Part shown: positions 1-13,799 of the stretch, in pieces | Layout of the letters: each line of letters starts with the position of its first letter | Numbering within the stretch: position 1 is the first letter of the stretch | DNA from: Lama guanicoe | Lineage: Eukaryota | DNA length: 64,000 bases | Direction: 5' to 3' | Assembly: GCA_013239625.1 (NCBI GenBank) | Contig: MU054098.1 | Location: forward strand, 1,737,104-1,801,103 | Position numbers and translations under genes: made by a program | The notes under the pieces: generated by a model | Told to the model about the DNA's origin: nothing | The model's input: only the letters and a program-made list of their open reading frames with translations | Database searches by the model: none

Positions 1-339
1 ATCACGTCTAGTGCTTGAATTTCTGAGGACCATGTTTATAGTTCTATGGAGAAATTTTTTATCAGAAAAAAACTGGAGAAGGGAGAAAGATTCTGCTTTT
101 ATGATAATACTTAATCTATAAATTACTAATTCTGTTAGGAAATATAAAGTCAATGCAATTCAAACATGAGCCTTAATACTTTGTGTATGTGAACTGCACA
201 GGTCACTTAACACATATTGATGGACATTGGTGACTCATAATGAACAGAGATCTTAATTTCAATCAATACATGTTTCAGATATTTTTGTTTAATCTTCATT
301 AAATCCTGCTTTCATTCTGATTTAATCCTTTAATCAACA

Positions 340-640
340 GCCTTCAAACTATTATACTTGGCATTCAAACCTTTCTATAATCCAATACCACTCTAACTAT
401 TCAACTTGAATTATTTCTACCCCTCAGCATCCCTTATTTTCCGTGACTATTTCACTAATATGCCAGAATCACACTAGGTCTGTCTTAATTTAGACTGTTT
501 ACGTGACACAAATCCTACTCATCTTTCAAACTCTAGTTCAAGACCCGCCTACTCTATGAAACTTTCCTTTATTATTCCAGTCCTCATTGATTTCATTTTT
601 TCAATTCTTATAGCACTTGGTATACAATATATATTTCAGT
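340..640 (+). mobile_element. L2 LINE 3' fragment (ancient)
   Basis: aaatcctactcatctttcaaactctagttcaagacccgcctactctatgaaactttcc resembles the L2 3' consensus. Confidence 0.55.
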
Positions 641-684
641 CTTTATTCGTATATCAGCTTGGATTGGGATAATGATTTCATGTA

Positions 685-1000
685 TATTCATGCAATGAAC
701 ATTAACTGAATATGCCTCTGAAATGCCTGGCACTATGCTAGGCATTCAAGTTAGGAAAGTGACTAAGAGAGAGCGGCCCCTTCCCTAAAGAAGCTCATAG
801 TTTACCAGGGGAAGAGGCAGACACACCAAATGTGAGAAGTAGTATTAAAGGGTTATAAGTAAAATTTTACAGTGACATAGAAAATCAATTAACTTTACCT
901 TAGGGAAAAGTGTATTGTGTGAAAGTTTTATAGGAAATTAAAAATGAGCTGGCCTTTGAAGCATAAGTAAGTTTTCTGGGTTGGTAAGAAAAGAAAAGGC
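685..1000 (-). mobile_element. L2 LINE 3' end (ancient)
   Basis: ttcatgcaatgaacattaactgaat...cctggcactatgctaggc...gaagctcatagtttacc is typical of a reverse L2 tail. Confidence 0.6.
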
Positions 1001-1099
1001 ATTGTAGGGTTTCAGCTTCCAGATGAATCTCTCCCATTCCATGTTAAAAATTGTAAAACATATTTATTCAGGGAACGGCAAATAGCCCCATGTGACAGG

Positions 1100-1375
1100 G
1101 CAGCATTTCCCAAAACATGTTCTATGAGAGAGTTTTATGCTTTTAAAGAAATGTTCTTCAAACATTGTTTCCATGGTTAAATAAATTGGGAAACAACTGA
1201 TTAATGTTAAATAGACCTCTTCATTGCAGTATTGTTTCAGAGCTTTTAACATATTGCATACACTTCTAACAAAAGAATACAGTATATAGTACTTCCCAAA
1301 TTTATATGGCAATGGAAACTTTTCCCCCAGAGCTAATAGAATTAAGGTTCTATAGAAAATTATTTGGAAGAAGTT
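1100..1375. mobile_element. Probable hAT-Charlie MITE (family uncertain)
   Basis: Begins cagcatttcccaaa and ends with degenerate inverted tttggaagaagtt. Confidence 0.4.
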
Positions 1376-1964
1376 AGACTACAACATAATTTGCATTGTG
1401 AAGGGGGTGAGGGTGGTGAATGGTGTAGCTACAAAGACTGGGGTCAGATTTTGAAGTACCTTAACTTTCTAAGGATACTAGATTTGTCTTTTCTAAAGAA
1501 AATAAAGAACCATCAAATATTTTATAAAAGGGAGTTAATATAACCAGACCTATAAAAAGATACTTTAGGTAGCAAAATAAATGATGGATTTAACGAAACA
1601 GTATCTGGAACCAAGGATATCCATTGAGACATTACTGCAATGGGAAATAAGATGGAGGCCTGCACTAGATTAATAGTAATGACAGAAATGTTGGTATTGT
1701 CTCAACTAATGGCAATTTATTTGAAAACTAACACTATGTTGAATATTATATTTCTTATACCCCTCTCTCTCAACCACAGGATCTAGCTTAATGCTGAGAA
1801 TGTCAGAAGTGCCTGGGTTTTTTTATTATTATCATTCATTCTTCATTAAATATCTTCTGAGAAGTAACTGAGTGTGTCAATTTTGAGCATCTGGAGAACA
1901 CTGGACAAAAAAGAAACATTTCTTTACATCAAGACTTCTAAGTATAAATTTCATTTTTCAAGTA

Positions 1965-2265
1965 GGATCCACCCTCCAAGCTATCCCCAGTGAGCCCCAT
2001 CTCCTAGTATTCACACTTGTAGAGTCTCAAATTATACCAGCGTTCATCTGGATGACCAACAGAACATAGCAGGAATTATGGCTATGTCACATCTGAGCTT
2101 AGCCTTTAAAATGGATCTTGGTCATTCATACTCTTTTTCTCTTGGATCACTCACTCTGGGGGAAGCCAACTGACATGTCATGAACAGCTCTATAGAGAGG
2201 CCCACATGGTGAGGAACTGGAGTCTCAGCCAACAGCCATGTGATTAAGCTTGGAATTCAGATCCA
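1965..2265 (+). mobile_element. MaLR LTR fragment (MLT1E/F-like)
   Basis: ctcactctgggggaagccaactgacatgtcatgaacagctctatagagaggcccacatggtgaggaactg. Confidence 0.75.
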
Positions 2266-2298
2266 TGTAAACAGTGAGCTTAAGAATCCTAGAGTACC

Positions 2299-2767
2299 CA
2301 TTCATAAAAAAGAATAAAATAATGCCATTTGCAACAACATGGATGGATCTAGAGACAGTCATCCTAAGTGAAGTAAGCCAGAAAAATAAATAAAATACCA
2401 TCTGATATCACTCATGTGTGGAATCTAAAAAAAGAAAAGAAAAAAAAAGGATACTATAAACTCATCTACAAAACAGAAATAGACTCACAGACATAGTAAA
2501 TAATCTTATGGTTACTGGGGATAGGGGGCGGGAAGGGATAAATTTGGGAGTTTGGGATTTACAAATGTTAGCCACTACTTATAAAAATAGATTAAAAAAA
2601 AACCTTTCTGCTGTGTAGCACAGAGAACTATGTTCAATATCTTATAATAACTTTTAATGAAAAAAATGAAAACAAATATATGTATGTATATGCAAGACTG
2701 GGACATTGTGCTGTACACCAGAAGTTGACACATTGTAACTGATGGTACTTCAGTTAAAAAAAAAAAA
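2299..2767 (+). mobile_element. Young 5'-truncated L1 3' end with poly(A) and TSD
   Basis: ORF2 C-terminus plus lineage-type 3'UTR and A-tail; TSD cctagagtacc at 2288-2298 and 2769-2779; inserted in an older L1 endonuclease region. Confidence 0.9.
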
Positions 2768-2818
2768 GCCTAGAGTACCTATACTAATATCCAATAAAAT
2801 ACATTTTAAAACAAAATA

Positions 2819-4458
2819 TATGTCTGTTTTTGTACGAAAACCATGCTGTTTTGATACATTAAAATTTATATGGAACCACAAAAGACCTAGAATTGCCAAA
2901 GCATTACTGAAGAAAAAGAAAGAGGCTGGAGGAATAACTCTCTCAGACTTCAGACAATACTACAGAGCTACAGCAATCAAGACAGCATGGCATTGGTACA
3001 AAAACAGACATATAGACCAATGGAACAGAACAGAGAGCCCAGAAATGAACCCACAAACTTTTGGTCAACTAATCTTCGACAAAGGAGATAAGAATATACA
3101 ATGGAATAAAGACAGTCTCTTCAGCAAATGGTGTTGGGAAAACGGGACAGCAGCATGTAAATCAATGGAGCTAGAACACTCTCTTACACCACACACAAAA
3201 ATAAACTCAAAATGGATCAAAGACTTAAACATAAGACAAGATACAATAAACCTCCTAGAGGAAAACATAGGCAAAACATTATCTTGCATACATCTCAAAA
3301 ATGCTCTCCTAGGTCAGTCTACCCAAGGAATACAAATAAAAGCAAGAATAAACAAATGGGACCTAATGAAACTTACAAGCTTCTGCACAGCAAAGGAAAC
3401 CAGAAATAAAACAAAACGACAACCTACAGAATGGGAGAAAATTTTTGCAAATGAAACCGACAAAGGCTTGATCTCCAGAATATATAAGCAGCTCATACAA
3501 CTTAATAATAAAAAAAAACAACCCAATCCAAAAATGGGCAGAAGACCTAAACAAGCAATTCTCCAAGGAAGAAGTACAAATGATCAATAGGCACATGAAA
3601 AAATGCTCAATATCACTAATTATCAGAGAAATGCAAATCAAAACTACAATGAGGTATCACTTCACACCAGTCAGAATGGCCGTCATTTGAAAGTCCACAA
3701 ATGACAAATGCTGGAGAGGCTGTGGAGAAAAGGGAACCCTCCTACAGTGCTGGTGGGAATGCAGTTTGGTGCAGCCACTGTGGAAAACAGTATGGAGATT
3801 CCTCAAAAGACTAGGAATAGACTTACCATATGACCCAGAAATCCTGCTCCTGGGCATATATGCAGAAGGAACCCTACTTCAAAAAAAACACCTGCACTCT
3901 AATGTTCATAGCAGCACTATTTACAATAGCCAAGACATGGAAACAGCCTAAATGTCCATCAACAGATGCCTGGATAAAGAAAAGATGGTATATTTATACA
4001 ATGGAATACTACTCAGCCATAAAAAAGAATAAAATAATGTCATTTGCAGCAGCATGGATGAACCTGGAGATCATCATTCTAAGTGAAATAAGCCAGAAAG
4101 GGAAAGAAAAATACCACATGGTATCACTTATATGTGGAATCTAAAAAAAATGGCACGAATGAGCATATTTACAAAACAGAAACATACTCACAGAAATAGA
4201 AAACAAACTTAAGGTTACCAGAGCAGAAAGGGAGGCTGGAGGGATAAAATGGGATTCAGGATTTGCACATACTAACTACTATATATAAAATAGATGAGCA
4301 ATAAGGTCCTACTGTATAGCACAGGGAACCATATTCAATATCTTTTAATAGCTTATAATGAAGAAGAATATGAAAAGGAATATATATGTATAAACGTATC
4401 ACTATGTTATACATCAGAAATTAACACAACACTGCAAATTCAGTATACTTCAAAAAAA
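2819..4458 (+). mobile_element. Young 5'-truncated L1 (ORF2 C-terminal part plus 3'UTR) with short inverted 5' segment
   Basis: [14 protein letters not shown]...[14 protein letters not shown]...[15 protein letters not shown]; frameshifts in A-runs; 2819-2855 is antisense L1. Confidence 0.92.
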
Positions 4459-4489
4459 GTTTAAAATTTTTAAAAATTTTAAAATAAAC

Positions 4490-6170
4490 AAAAAGTGACA
4501 AAATTAAAGGGAAAAACAGACAATTCCTCAATCATAGTTTGATATTTTAACACCCGTCTCTCAGAAACTGATAAAACAATCAGACGAAAAATCAGCAAAA
4601 ACTTATATCTGAACAAAATTATCGATCACTTCAATCTAATTGATTTATAGAACACACACAAAAATGGTAATATACATTTTTTAACGTACACATAGTACCT
4701 TTCCATATTTATATTCAATGGATAGTTGACAAACGTGTTAAGGTAATTTCATGGAGAAAATATACTCTTTGCAACAAATGATGCTGGAAGAACTATATAG
4801 CCGCATAAAAAAAAAAGCCCTTGATTCTTATTGCACACCAAACACAAAGTTAAGTCAAAATTGATCATATACCTAAATGTAAGGGCTAAAACTGTTAAAC
4901 TCCAAGCAAAAAACATAGAAGATTCTTGTGACATTAGGTTAGATAAAATTTCTTAAAGAAGACACTAAAAACACAAAGTATAAAAGAAAAAAGTGATAAG
5001 ATGGACTTCAACAAGATTGAGAAAGGTTTCTCTTAGAAAAACATAATTAAGAAAACAATAACAAAAAAGTCAGAGCCTGGGAGTAAATATTTGCAAAACA
5101 TGTATTGCACAAAAGGCTCTTGTATTAAGACTATATAAGAAATTCTTACAACTCAACAACAAAAATACAAACAACTCAATATAAAAACAGTCAAATATCC
5201 CCATAGAAATTTCTCCAAAAAAGACACACAGATGAGCAATAAGTACATGAAAAATCAGCATTATTGGTCATTAGGGAAATGTAAATCAAACTTGCAATGA
5301 GATACCACTATGCACCCATGAGGATGGCTATACTCAAAGTGATGATCAGTAAGAAGTGCTGGTGAGCATTTGGAGCATTACTGGTGGGAATGTAAAATGG
5401 TGTATCCACTTTGGAAAACAGATGAGCATTTCCTCAAAACTTTAAGCACAGAGTTACCACATGACCTAGCAATTCCCCTCCTAGATATTTACCCAAAGTA
5501 AAGGGAAACACATATCCACATAAATATATATATATATATAATTTGTAATATATTATAAAACATGAAATAACTTAATGCCCATCCACAAATAAAAGAAAAC
5601 TGTGGCATATCCATAAATTAGAATACTATTCATCAATAAAATGAGTAAACTATTAGTACATACAACAACATGGATGAATCTCAAAAATATTATGGTAAGT
5701 CTATAGTTCCCAACCAGGAATGATTTTGTCATCCAGGGAATTACTGGCAATATCTGGAAACATTTTTGATTGTCATAACTAGGAGGTAGTACTGGCATCT
5801 CATAGGTAGAAATCAGCAATGCTGTTCAACATACTAAAAAGCACAGGGTAGCCCCCAGCAACAGATAACTACACAGCCCAAATGTCAATAGTATCAAGGT
5901 TGAGAAACCCTGTGCTAAATTAAAAAAGTCAGACACAAAATATCACATACTGTATGACTTCCTTCATGTGAAATTCTAGAAAAGGCAAAACTATAATGAC
6001 ATAAAAGAGTTAAAAGACTGCCTGGGGTCAAGATGGGGAGGGGGTCAAGTTAAAGAGATATGAAGAAACTTTTTAGGTGATGGCTCATGCTATATATAGT
6101 TTGTGGTGGTGTTCACACAAGTGTATGCAATTACCAAATTCATCAAAATGTACACTTAAAATCGATTGTA
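4490..6170 (+). mobile_element. Older L1M element with internal deletions (host of the two young L1s and MER20)
   Basis: Degenerate EN-domain, ORF2 C-terminal and 3'UTR sequence; short pieces also at about 2265-2298 and 2768-2817. Confidence 0.8.
5701..5912. mobile_element. MER20 (hAT-Charlie MITE)
   Basis: Ends gcccaaatgtcaatagtatcaaggttgagaaaccctg; diverged 8-bp TSD tggtaagt/tgctaaat. Confidence 0.88.
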
Positions 6171-9100
6171 AAAATATTGCATGCATATTAGTCACACTTT
6201 AAACATAATGGTATTGCAATGGGGAAAAAAAACATTGAAATAGAAGGTAAGAGAACTCTGAAGATGAGCTTTGTCAACTTCACCTATATGATTGAGAACT
6301 GACCTCAAACTGCATTGACTACCCAGTAGAACATCACACCAGGGCGCCTTGGTCTCTTGAAAAGAAAGAGTTAAATCAGTTTCCTACTGGGTTCTACAAG
6401 GGACAGTGAATAACAAGGAGATTTTATTCTTTTCTAGGTTTTTTAATTCTTCAAAGAATATTCCCATTAACAGGAAATCTGATTCACTATTCTTCCACCA
6501 AGTGAGGATTTCTGATAGGAGTATTCACTATGGCAAGCAGTGCTACACATAGTACTATTATGAATTTTTATAACCTTTACTATAGTTTCCTTGATACATG
6601 AATGAAACCTTTCCTGGAACTCCTGAGGTGAACTTATTCCTTTGAAATTCTGAGAACACTGGAACTCTCTCCTTAACAGAGGCTTACATTTGCTCAACCC
6701 CCCCTCAAAAAAAATCTATTACACGTCCTTTAACAAATGCTGCTTTGACTGTGAGAAGTAAACAAAGGTAGAATAAGAGCTGATGAAATCTGATCAACGA
6801 GGAGTGTTTTACTTCTCCTTCTAGGGTTAAATCAGAACTTTTCTTTCATTTTGAGTCTTGTTGAGACAGTTATATAGGAAAAGCCCTTTATCTCTGCTAC
6901 TCTGAAACAAGTTATTTCTCCCATATGTCTCATTAAATCCTTAAAAAAAATCATTCCATTCAGCTATGGGTGGGAGATTTCTTACGAAGACGGAGAGATA
7001 CATAGCCAGGCTACCTTCAGAGTCCCTGGACGCTTCAGAGTTCTATGTGAATCTTGGCAACCCTACTACAACTATTAAGAAAAAAGGAAATGTAAGAAGA
7101 TAAAGAAAGCTCTTTTCCAGAGATTTGAAAGGTTGAAAAACAAGCATTTTTAATGCTGACTTAGAAAAGCACTTAGATTTACAACCTTCATTTAAGTGAA
7201 AGCCTTTCAATGCTAACAACCTACCCTTGCATATTTCTCAGATGCCTCTCGTGGCTCTATAGGTCTCATTTCTGTTGATAAAACTCTAAGGGCTTTTAAT
7301 TTGGAGCTTCCAAATAACCTCTCTGGGATGATGCCATAGCTAAGAATGCTAGCAGATAGGCCAAGATGGCCAGTTGAACTATACGGAGCCTCTCTATGTC
7401 TACTTGGCATACAAAGTATGGTTGGAGGAAGAAGAAAAAGAGCTTACAGCCAGGATGTAAAAGGGAGCTTGATGTGAAATAGTAGAATATGAGAATTTGG
7501 GGGAAGAGGATTCAGAACTATTCAAAAATAGAATACTTTCAAAATATTATTACTCAGTAACTAGGTTATACGCAAATGTGTATTATGCACCAAACTGCCT
7601 AGTTCCCTTTAAAAGTATCCTGCTATAGAGAAAATACAGGGATTGCATACATTATCATATATAACAGTTACTAAGCAATTCATTTTCAAAAATATTCCAT
7701 TGTTTTTGATTTACACCGTTTTCATACATTGAGTAGCTCCAACTACCTCAAGCTCGCAATAGCAAGAGTGAATGCAGTCCTGGAACATTCTCCTTTCGTG
7801 TGATTTCAGTGCATTACATATTGCAGACATAGAAAATGAGGAAAGGTCTTTGGAAAATCAAATATTTTAAATGTCTACATGAACCATTTTTCGTTTGTCA
7901 TCCATGTCCTCTACTCACACACTCTGTCCTTTGAACAATCACTCTCCTGAAACAACAAGAATACATTGTTCTATTGCCTTGTCAGTGGTCCAAACCCAAC
8001 ATGTGCAACTCTCTCTCTCATTCAACTTCTTATTCATTCGTATTATTCCTCTCTGTCCATTCCTTTCTTTTCTTTTTCTTCCCTTGTAAGTCTCATCATT
8101 CCTTAGATCTTCCTCCATTGGGCCCTTGCTCTCGTCTAGACAGCATACACAGAATACACTGAACTAATCTTCATGTGTATTTATGGGTTGATAGGCCAGG
8201 CAACCCAGTGCTTATTAACACTATTCAAGAACCAGCTCTTCTTTCTATCCCAGCACATTTCCTTCACTGTCAGAAAATGGTTCCAAGGCAGTTTCCTCTT
8301 ACAAAATTACTCCAATTTATCCCACCCATTCTTAAATCTGCCAACAAAAACTCAGCATCCTCAAGATAGTTCTGTGAGCAAAGGCACATATTTACTGGCA
8401 CAGAAAACAAACTTCATCTCCAGATGTGACTGCAGCACCATGAGCGATTCCAATTCTGTCTCATTAATCTACAAATGGAGTAAACACATTCGCTTCCCAC
8501 ATAAGCCTACAATCTACTCTTTAAACCAAAATGAGGTTGTTTTATACACGCACGCGTACATTTTTCAGTGAGAAACTAATCCCCTTAATTGTAAGAAAAA
8601 AATAGCACTTAGTGAAAGGACAACTCAGCCACTTGGAAAAAATATCAGAAAGGCACAACTCACAAACAAGAAGAAAAAGCCCATTTGGAAATGATATTTT
8701 GATACTGAGTCCATTAACTGTCAATTGTCATTTGTGCTTCTGCCAGATCCGAAAAACTCATAGATAAGATACAGAAAGTTGATTTAATGTCCATAACATG
8801 TATAGTACTATGGGGCTTTGGGTTTTGCTTTTTAATGTTGAGTAATTATTTCAGTCAAGTCTTAACAATTGCGTAGGCCACCTATTTTAGCACCTACATA
8901 CACATCCCACATTGCTATTTAACAGTTCAATGTGATTTGTTCATTCATTGTGCTTATATGTATATGTTATATGGATAAGGCTTTGTGCTTCTGCAGTCCA
9001 TAAATCCCTGATGGGTGTGTTCAATAAATTATCACTGAGCTGGCCTCAATTGAATTGAGGAGACAATAACATAGATAATCCCCAGTTCATCCCTATTTGG

Positions 9101-9699
9101 CATTTTTTATATGTGTTTGTATTTCCATTTCAATAAGGATCTGTCTGGGATATTAAGACTTTGCATAATCTCAGATAATGAAGTCACACTGAGAAGACAT
9201 GATTTTGAAGAAAATGGAAAGTAACCCAGTTCATGCTCATGCTGAGGGCTGAAGCAAGGCACCAAGCCCAGACTTAGGGGCTTTCGATGATTACAGGCTG
9301 AATGACTCACATCTTCCCCAGGGAATGGAAGAATGAATCACAAGTCTGTTTTAAAGACCTCTCCTGACCACTGAGCATGGATGCGGAGGTGGGGCTGGGG
9401 GCAAGAAGGTAGAGGGAGCACTGCACACACCCTGGAAGTTCTTTTCTTTCCAATTCCCCCTGAGCAGCATGCTGAATTAGAAAAGGGGAGAATTAAATTA
9501 TGATAACGTCAACAAAGGAATTGAAAAAAAAACAGCATGGCTTTGTTCCCTGTTCCAATTGCTTAGCAGAGAATTTAAAGATTTGCTTCCGATAAGCCTT
9601 GATGAAATAACTGAGAGTTAACTCTTTCACTGATCCCACACCCATCCATCACTTGCCACAAAAAGACAGGCAAATCCTTCCTAAAAACCACTGCTAGAC

Positions 9700-10270
9700 T
9701 AATCTTAAGGTGCTTCTTTCAGCATGTCATTCGCCTACAAGGGCATCCATTTGCCTGTTAAGGATCAAGTCAAAACCAATCAACCTGGCATTCCAGGTCT
9801 TCCATCAACTGGCTCCACCCTACCTATTCATCCTAACCTCTCACTAATCCCCAACATGATCACTGGCCCCAGTTCTGTCAAACTAGACTCCTTAAAATCA
9901 CGTACGGCATTCCTGTCTCCATACCTTCACTCACACTTCTTCCCTGTATCTAAAATGCTTTCTCATATCTCTCCACTATTCAAAACTCAAAATTTACTTT
10001 TTTCAAAACTCTAAACTCAAGAATCATCTTCTCCATAAGAGATGTCCTGTGTAACTCTGTCTGCCTGCAACCATTCCCTTACTTGAAATGTCTACAGCAT
10101 GTGTACATGTGTACCAAATGACTAACACATACCTTAATGTCCTCAATATATGACTTGCTTCTATAATTAGATTCTAATCAGAGAACAAAGGATCTTTTTG
10201 TCATCACTAACATCACTTAACACAGTACTCAAGGTATATATGTATCTTAATATCAATAATCAATAAATAA
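9700..10270 (+). mobile_element. L2 3' fragment
   Basis: Pyrimidine-rich L2-like body ending tcaataatcaataaataaa. Confidence 0.55.
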
Positions 10271-11239
10271 AATCCTGCATTTTTTAAGTCATCTTAGGGT
10301 TAATTTGACATGGGAATAAAGGCTTGTTAGCATTTTCTCTTCTTTTCATAGTTACATAGCCATTTTTAAATGTTCAAATCTCGTTACCTGCTTCATTTTT
10401 CTAAACTGAACTCATTTTCATTTTACTTTCTTTGTAAAAAGAACCTGCTCTTTATGTTCAATTTTTAAAGCTCTGTTTTTGAGTACAACACCAAGGGCAT
10501 GAACAACCATCAGGCTTTAAATGTTCCAATTGAGGCACTGTAATTTAACCTCTACACATATCTGTAGCTCAGTAACTTGGGCTGATGGAAGTGGAAGATC
10601 TTTCCCACCAGGAGGCCTTGAGGAAAAGATTTTGTTCTTTGGAATTGAGTTTCACAGGGAGAATCACTTTCTCTCCCACTTGGATATAAGCTCATCTTGG
10701 GAGCCTGGAGGATGATTTCACGACTCAGAACAGATGGATTTTTTCCCCTTTATGTATTATTCTTTACTTAGACAGGTAAAGAACAGCTGCTTCAACTCTT
10801 TTTTTGAAAACTATTTTCTAAATCACACTATTTCTTTTTGTCTCTTTTGGATATTTGGAATTCCAATCAAGAGGAATGATTATTTTATATTCTTAGAAAC
10901 TAAATTCATTCATTTTCTTACCCCTTTTAGACAGAGTACAGCAGAAAGACTTTAAAATCCGCTAGGGCAGTGAGTAGCCATGACAGACAGAGCCCGTCAT
11001 GGTATGATTTTTAAGGGCAGGAAAACTTTCTAGAAACTCTTCACTTTAAGTCTGATCTAGTTTATCCATCCCAAAATTCTACTAGCTAATAGATTTTCCT
11101 GTCTAGGCATCCTCCTATAAAATTTAAATGTCTTCAGTAACAATAACAAATGAGTCATGCACGCTATAATTTAAATTGGTTTATCAAATTCTCCTCTTAA
11201 CTGATAACTAGCTGTGCATTATGGGAATGGAATTCGTAA

Positions 11240-11785
11240 TGGCATAGTCTCTTAATTAGTCAGTCTGGAAATCTCAGAATCAGCTTGAATTAGCTAGATT
11301 AGTCTTATCTTCTACTTTGCCCAATACACTCACCTATTTGCAATCATTCAAACAAACCATGTATTTTTTAAAAATCATGTGATTCTGTGCCTTTGCCCAT
11401 GCTATATCCCTCTCAATAGATTCTCTTTTATACAATCATATCTTTTTCCATGGCCCAGCTCATGCACCACATCCTTCAAGATACCTCTGCGTATTTTGCC
11501 CGGCAACATGCCTCATCATCCTTCTATCATTTCAAATGCTACCTCCTCCTTTATGAAGCATTTTCTGAAATTTCTAGGTAACTATAGACACTTTTCCCCT
11601 AGGCTCCCACATCATACCTTGAATTACACCCTCACATATCATATTATATTGAAATTATCTTATTATGTGCCTGTACCCATAAGACTATGTGTTCCTCGGT
11701 GACATGAACTGGATCTTATTCATCTTTGTTTTGCATCTTTGTTTATTTTTCCCTAAATATTCAATATTTGTTGAATAAATAAACC
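11240..11785 (+). mobile_element. L2 3' fragment
   Basis: tcaaatgctacctcctcctttatgaagcattttctga...tcttattcatctttgt...tttgttgaataaataaa. Confidence 0.65.
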
Positions 11786-12084
11786 CAGGATTAGCCTAAA
11801 TAGTAAATTAAACAAGATCCAAATTCACTTCTATAGGTATCAGATGATTAGTTCATCTTAAACCATGAACACTCCCTAACCATCTCAGAGTAAAAGAACA
11901 GAGCAGTTAGCTGTGTGTGGAAACATCAAATTTAAAATGCTGTTATTCTGTTATACTAAAAGTAAGTTTCTAAATGTACTTTTCTTGTTTTATTTTTAAA
12001 GTCACATCAAGTCATCCTTTCCTTACTTTAACTTTCAAACTTAAACAAAAGAGCTAGATGGAGAGCAGTGATTGTGAGACCAAA

Positions 12085-13720
12085 CTCATTCATTAATTCT
12101 TTGAATATTTATCAAATATCTACCATGCACAAATTTAGAATAGTAAAGCAAACAGATACAATCCCTCCTTGCCCTCATGAAACTTACCCTCTGTGGGGGA
12201 AAAGATCAAAAATTGGAAATAGATAGATAATGTGAGTTAATGATAAGTTTATTAAGAAAAATCACCAGGATAAGAGGATAAAATATAATAACTTAAAAAT
12301 GTGGTTATTTTAGACAAAAAGACATCTTTGAGAAGATTATATTTGGGAAAAATCTAAAGGTAGAGAGTGAGTAATGAGCCACCATCAGGAAGAAGAGCGG
12401 CAGGGTCAGCAAGTGCAAAATACCAGGACGGAGGAAGAATAGCTGAGATGCTGTGAGCCAGGGGGAGCCTGGTAAGAGATGTCAGAGAAGTAGGAAGGAT
12501 TCAGATCACGTAGAATCTCGTAGATCATGGTAAGATCTTTGGACTTTATTCTAAGAACGCAGAAAGTCATTTGAAAGTTTTTAGCAAGCATTTATTTCTA
12601 ACAGTTTTGGGGACTGGAAATTCAAGATCAAGGTGCCAGCAGGGTAGGTGTCTAGTGAGAGCTCTCATCTTGGATTTCAGACAGCCACATTCTTGTGTCT
12701 TCAAATGTCCTTTCCTCTATGCATGTGGGGTTGGTAGTGGGGTGGGAAGAGAGAGAGAAAGTAAGCTCTCTAGTGTCTCTTCTTATATTGGCACTAATTC
12801 TGTTATGAGCCCCAACCTCATAACCTCATCTAAACCTAATTACTTCCCAACATCCTTATCAAAATACTATCACATTAGGGGTTACGGGTTCAACGTATGA
12901 GTTTCAGGGGGACACAATTCAGTTAATAGCAGAAAGCTTAGTTTGAATGTCGTGTGGAGAGTAGACTCTGAGAAGACAAGAGTGGAATCAAGAGAACTAG
13001 GTAGAAATCTATTGCAATCATCTCAGTAAGAGATAATAGTGGCTTAGACATGGGTAGAAGTGTTGGTAGTGGTGAAAGGTGATGACATTTTCAGATACAT
13101 TGTAAAGGTAGGTAGAGCCCATGGGAGTTACTAATAAGCTGTATGTGGATTATGAGAGAGAATAGTCAAGAATGTCTCCAGGGATTCTGGCCCGGGCAAC
13201 TGGTGCCATTTACTACAATGGGAAACACTGGGAAACATTTTGGGTTGGAGAGGGTAGAATCAGGAGCTTAATTTTGAGCCTGTCAGGTTTAAGTTGCCAG
13301 GTAGGTAGTGGAAATATATCAGTCCAGAGCTCACGGAACAGGTCTATGATGAATATATAAATTTAGGAGCCATTAATGTATACATGATGTTTAAGGTCAA
13401 GGGATGATACCACCTATGGAACAAATGTAAATAGAGAAGAAAATAGGACTAAGGATAAGCTCTAGTTCACTCCAACATTTTGAAGGGGTGGGGGTAGAGA
13501 AAGAAAATCCAGAAAATAAAACAGATGAAACAGCTAGTGAGGCAATAGAAAAAAAATTTAAAAGAACAGACTTATGTTGTTTACTGGAAGCCAAGTGAAC
13601 AAAGGATATCAACTTGGAAGGAGCAGTCATCTGTGCCAGTACTGCTGAGAGGTCAAATAAGTGACGGCTGAAAATTTACCATTGGAGTTGGAGACATAAG
13701 CCATATGCCCTTTATTAACA
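12085..13720 (-). mobile_element. L2 element interrupted by an MLT1 LTR
   Basis: ctcattcattaattctttgaatatttat start; gatcatggtaagatctttggactttattctaag; continues after 12930. Confidence 0.75.
12587..12931 (-). mobile_element. MaLR LTR (MLT1A/B/C-like), truncated
   Basis: ggaaattcaagatcaaggtgccagcag...gggggacacaattcagttaatagca. Confidence 0.8.
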
Positions 13721-13799
13721 ATGGTTGTCAGAATGTAAATGAACTTGATGAGCAGTAGCCACCTTCAGAGAGAAGTTAAATGGAAAAAGGGATAAAACT

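Noticed and set aside
2742..3590. Longest ORF (282 aa) as a gene
   Set aside because: It is a chance read-through of an L1 tail, old L1, the inverted piece and truncated ORF2; it lacks intact EN and RT domains and frameshifts in an A-run.
7741..7750. aactacctca, complement of the let-7 seed
   Set aside because: Only a seed-length match, with no full mature miRNA, hairpin or evident 3'UTR context.
8173..8571. 132-aa ORF in unique DNA
   Set aside because: No recognisable domain, promoter or splice context; compatible with chance.
11837..11961. Exon-like ag...gtaagt segment
   Set aside because: Weak exonic donor bases (AAA|gt) and stops in all frames.
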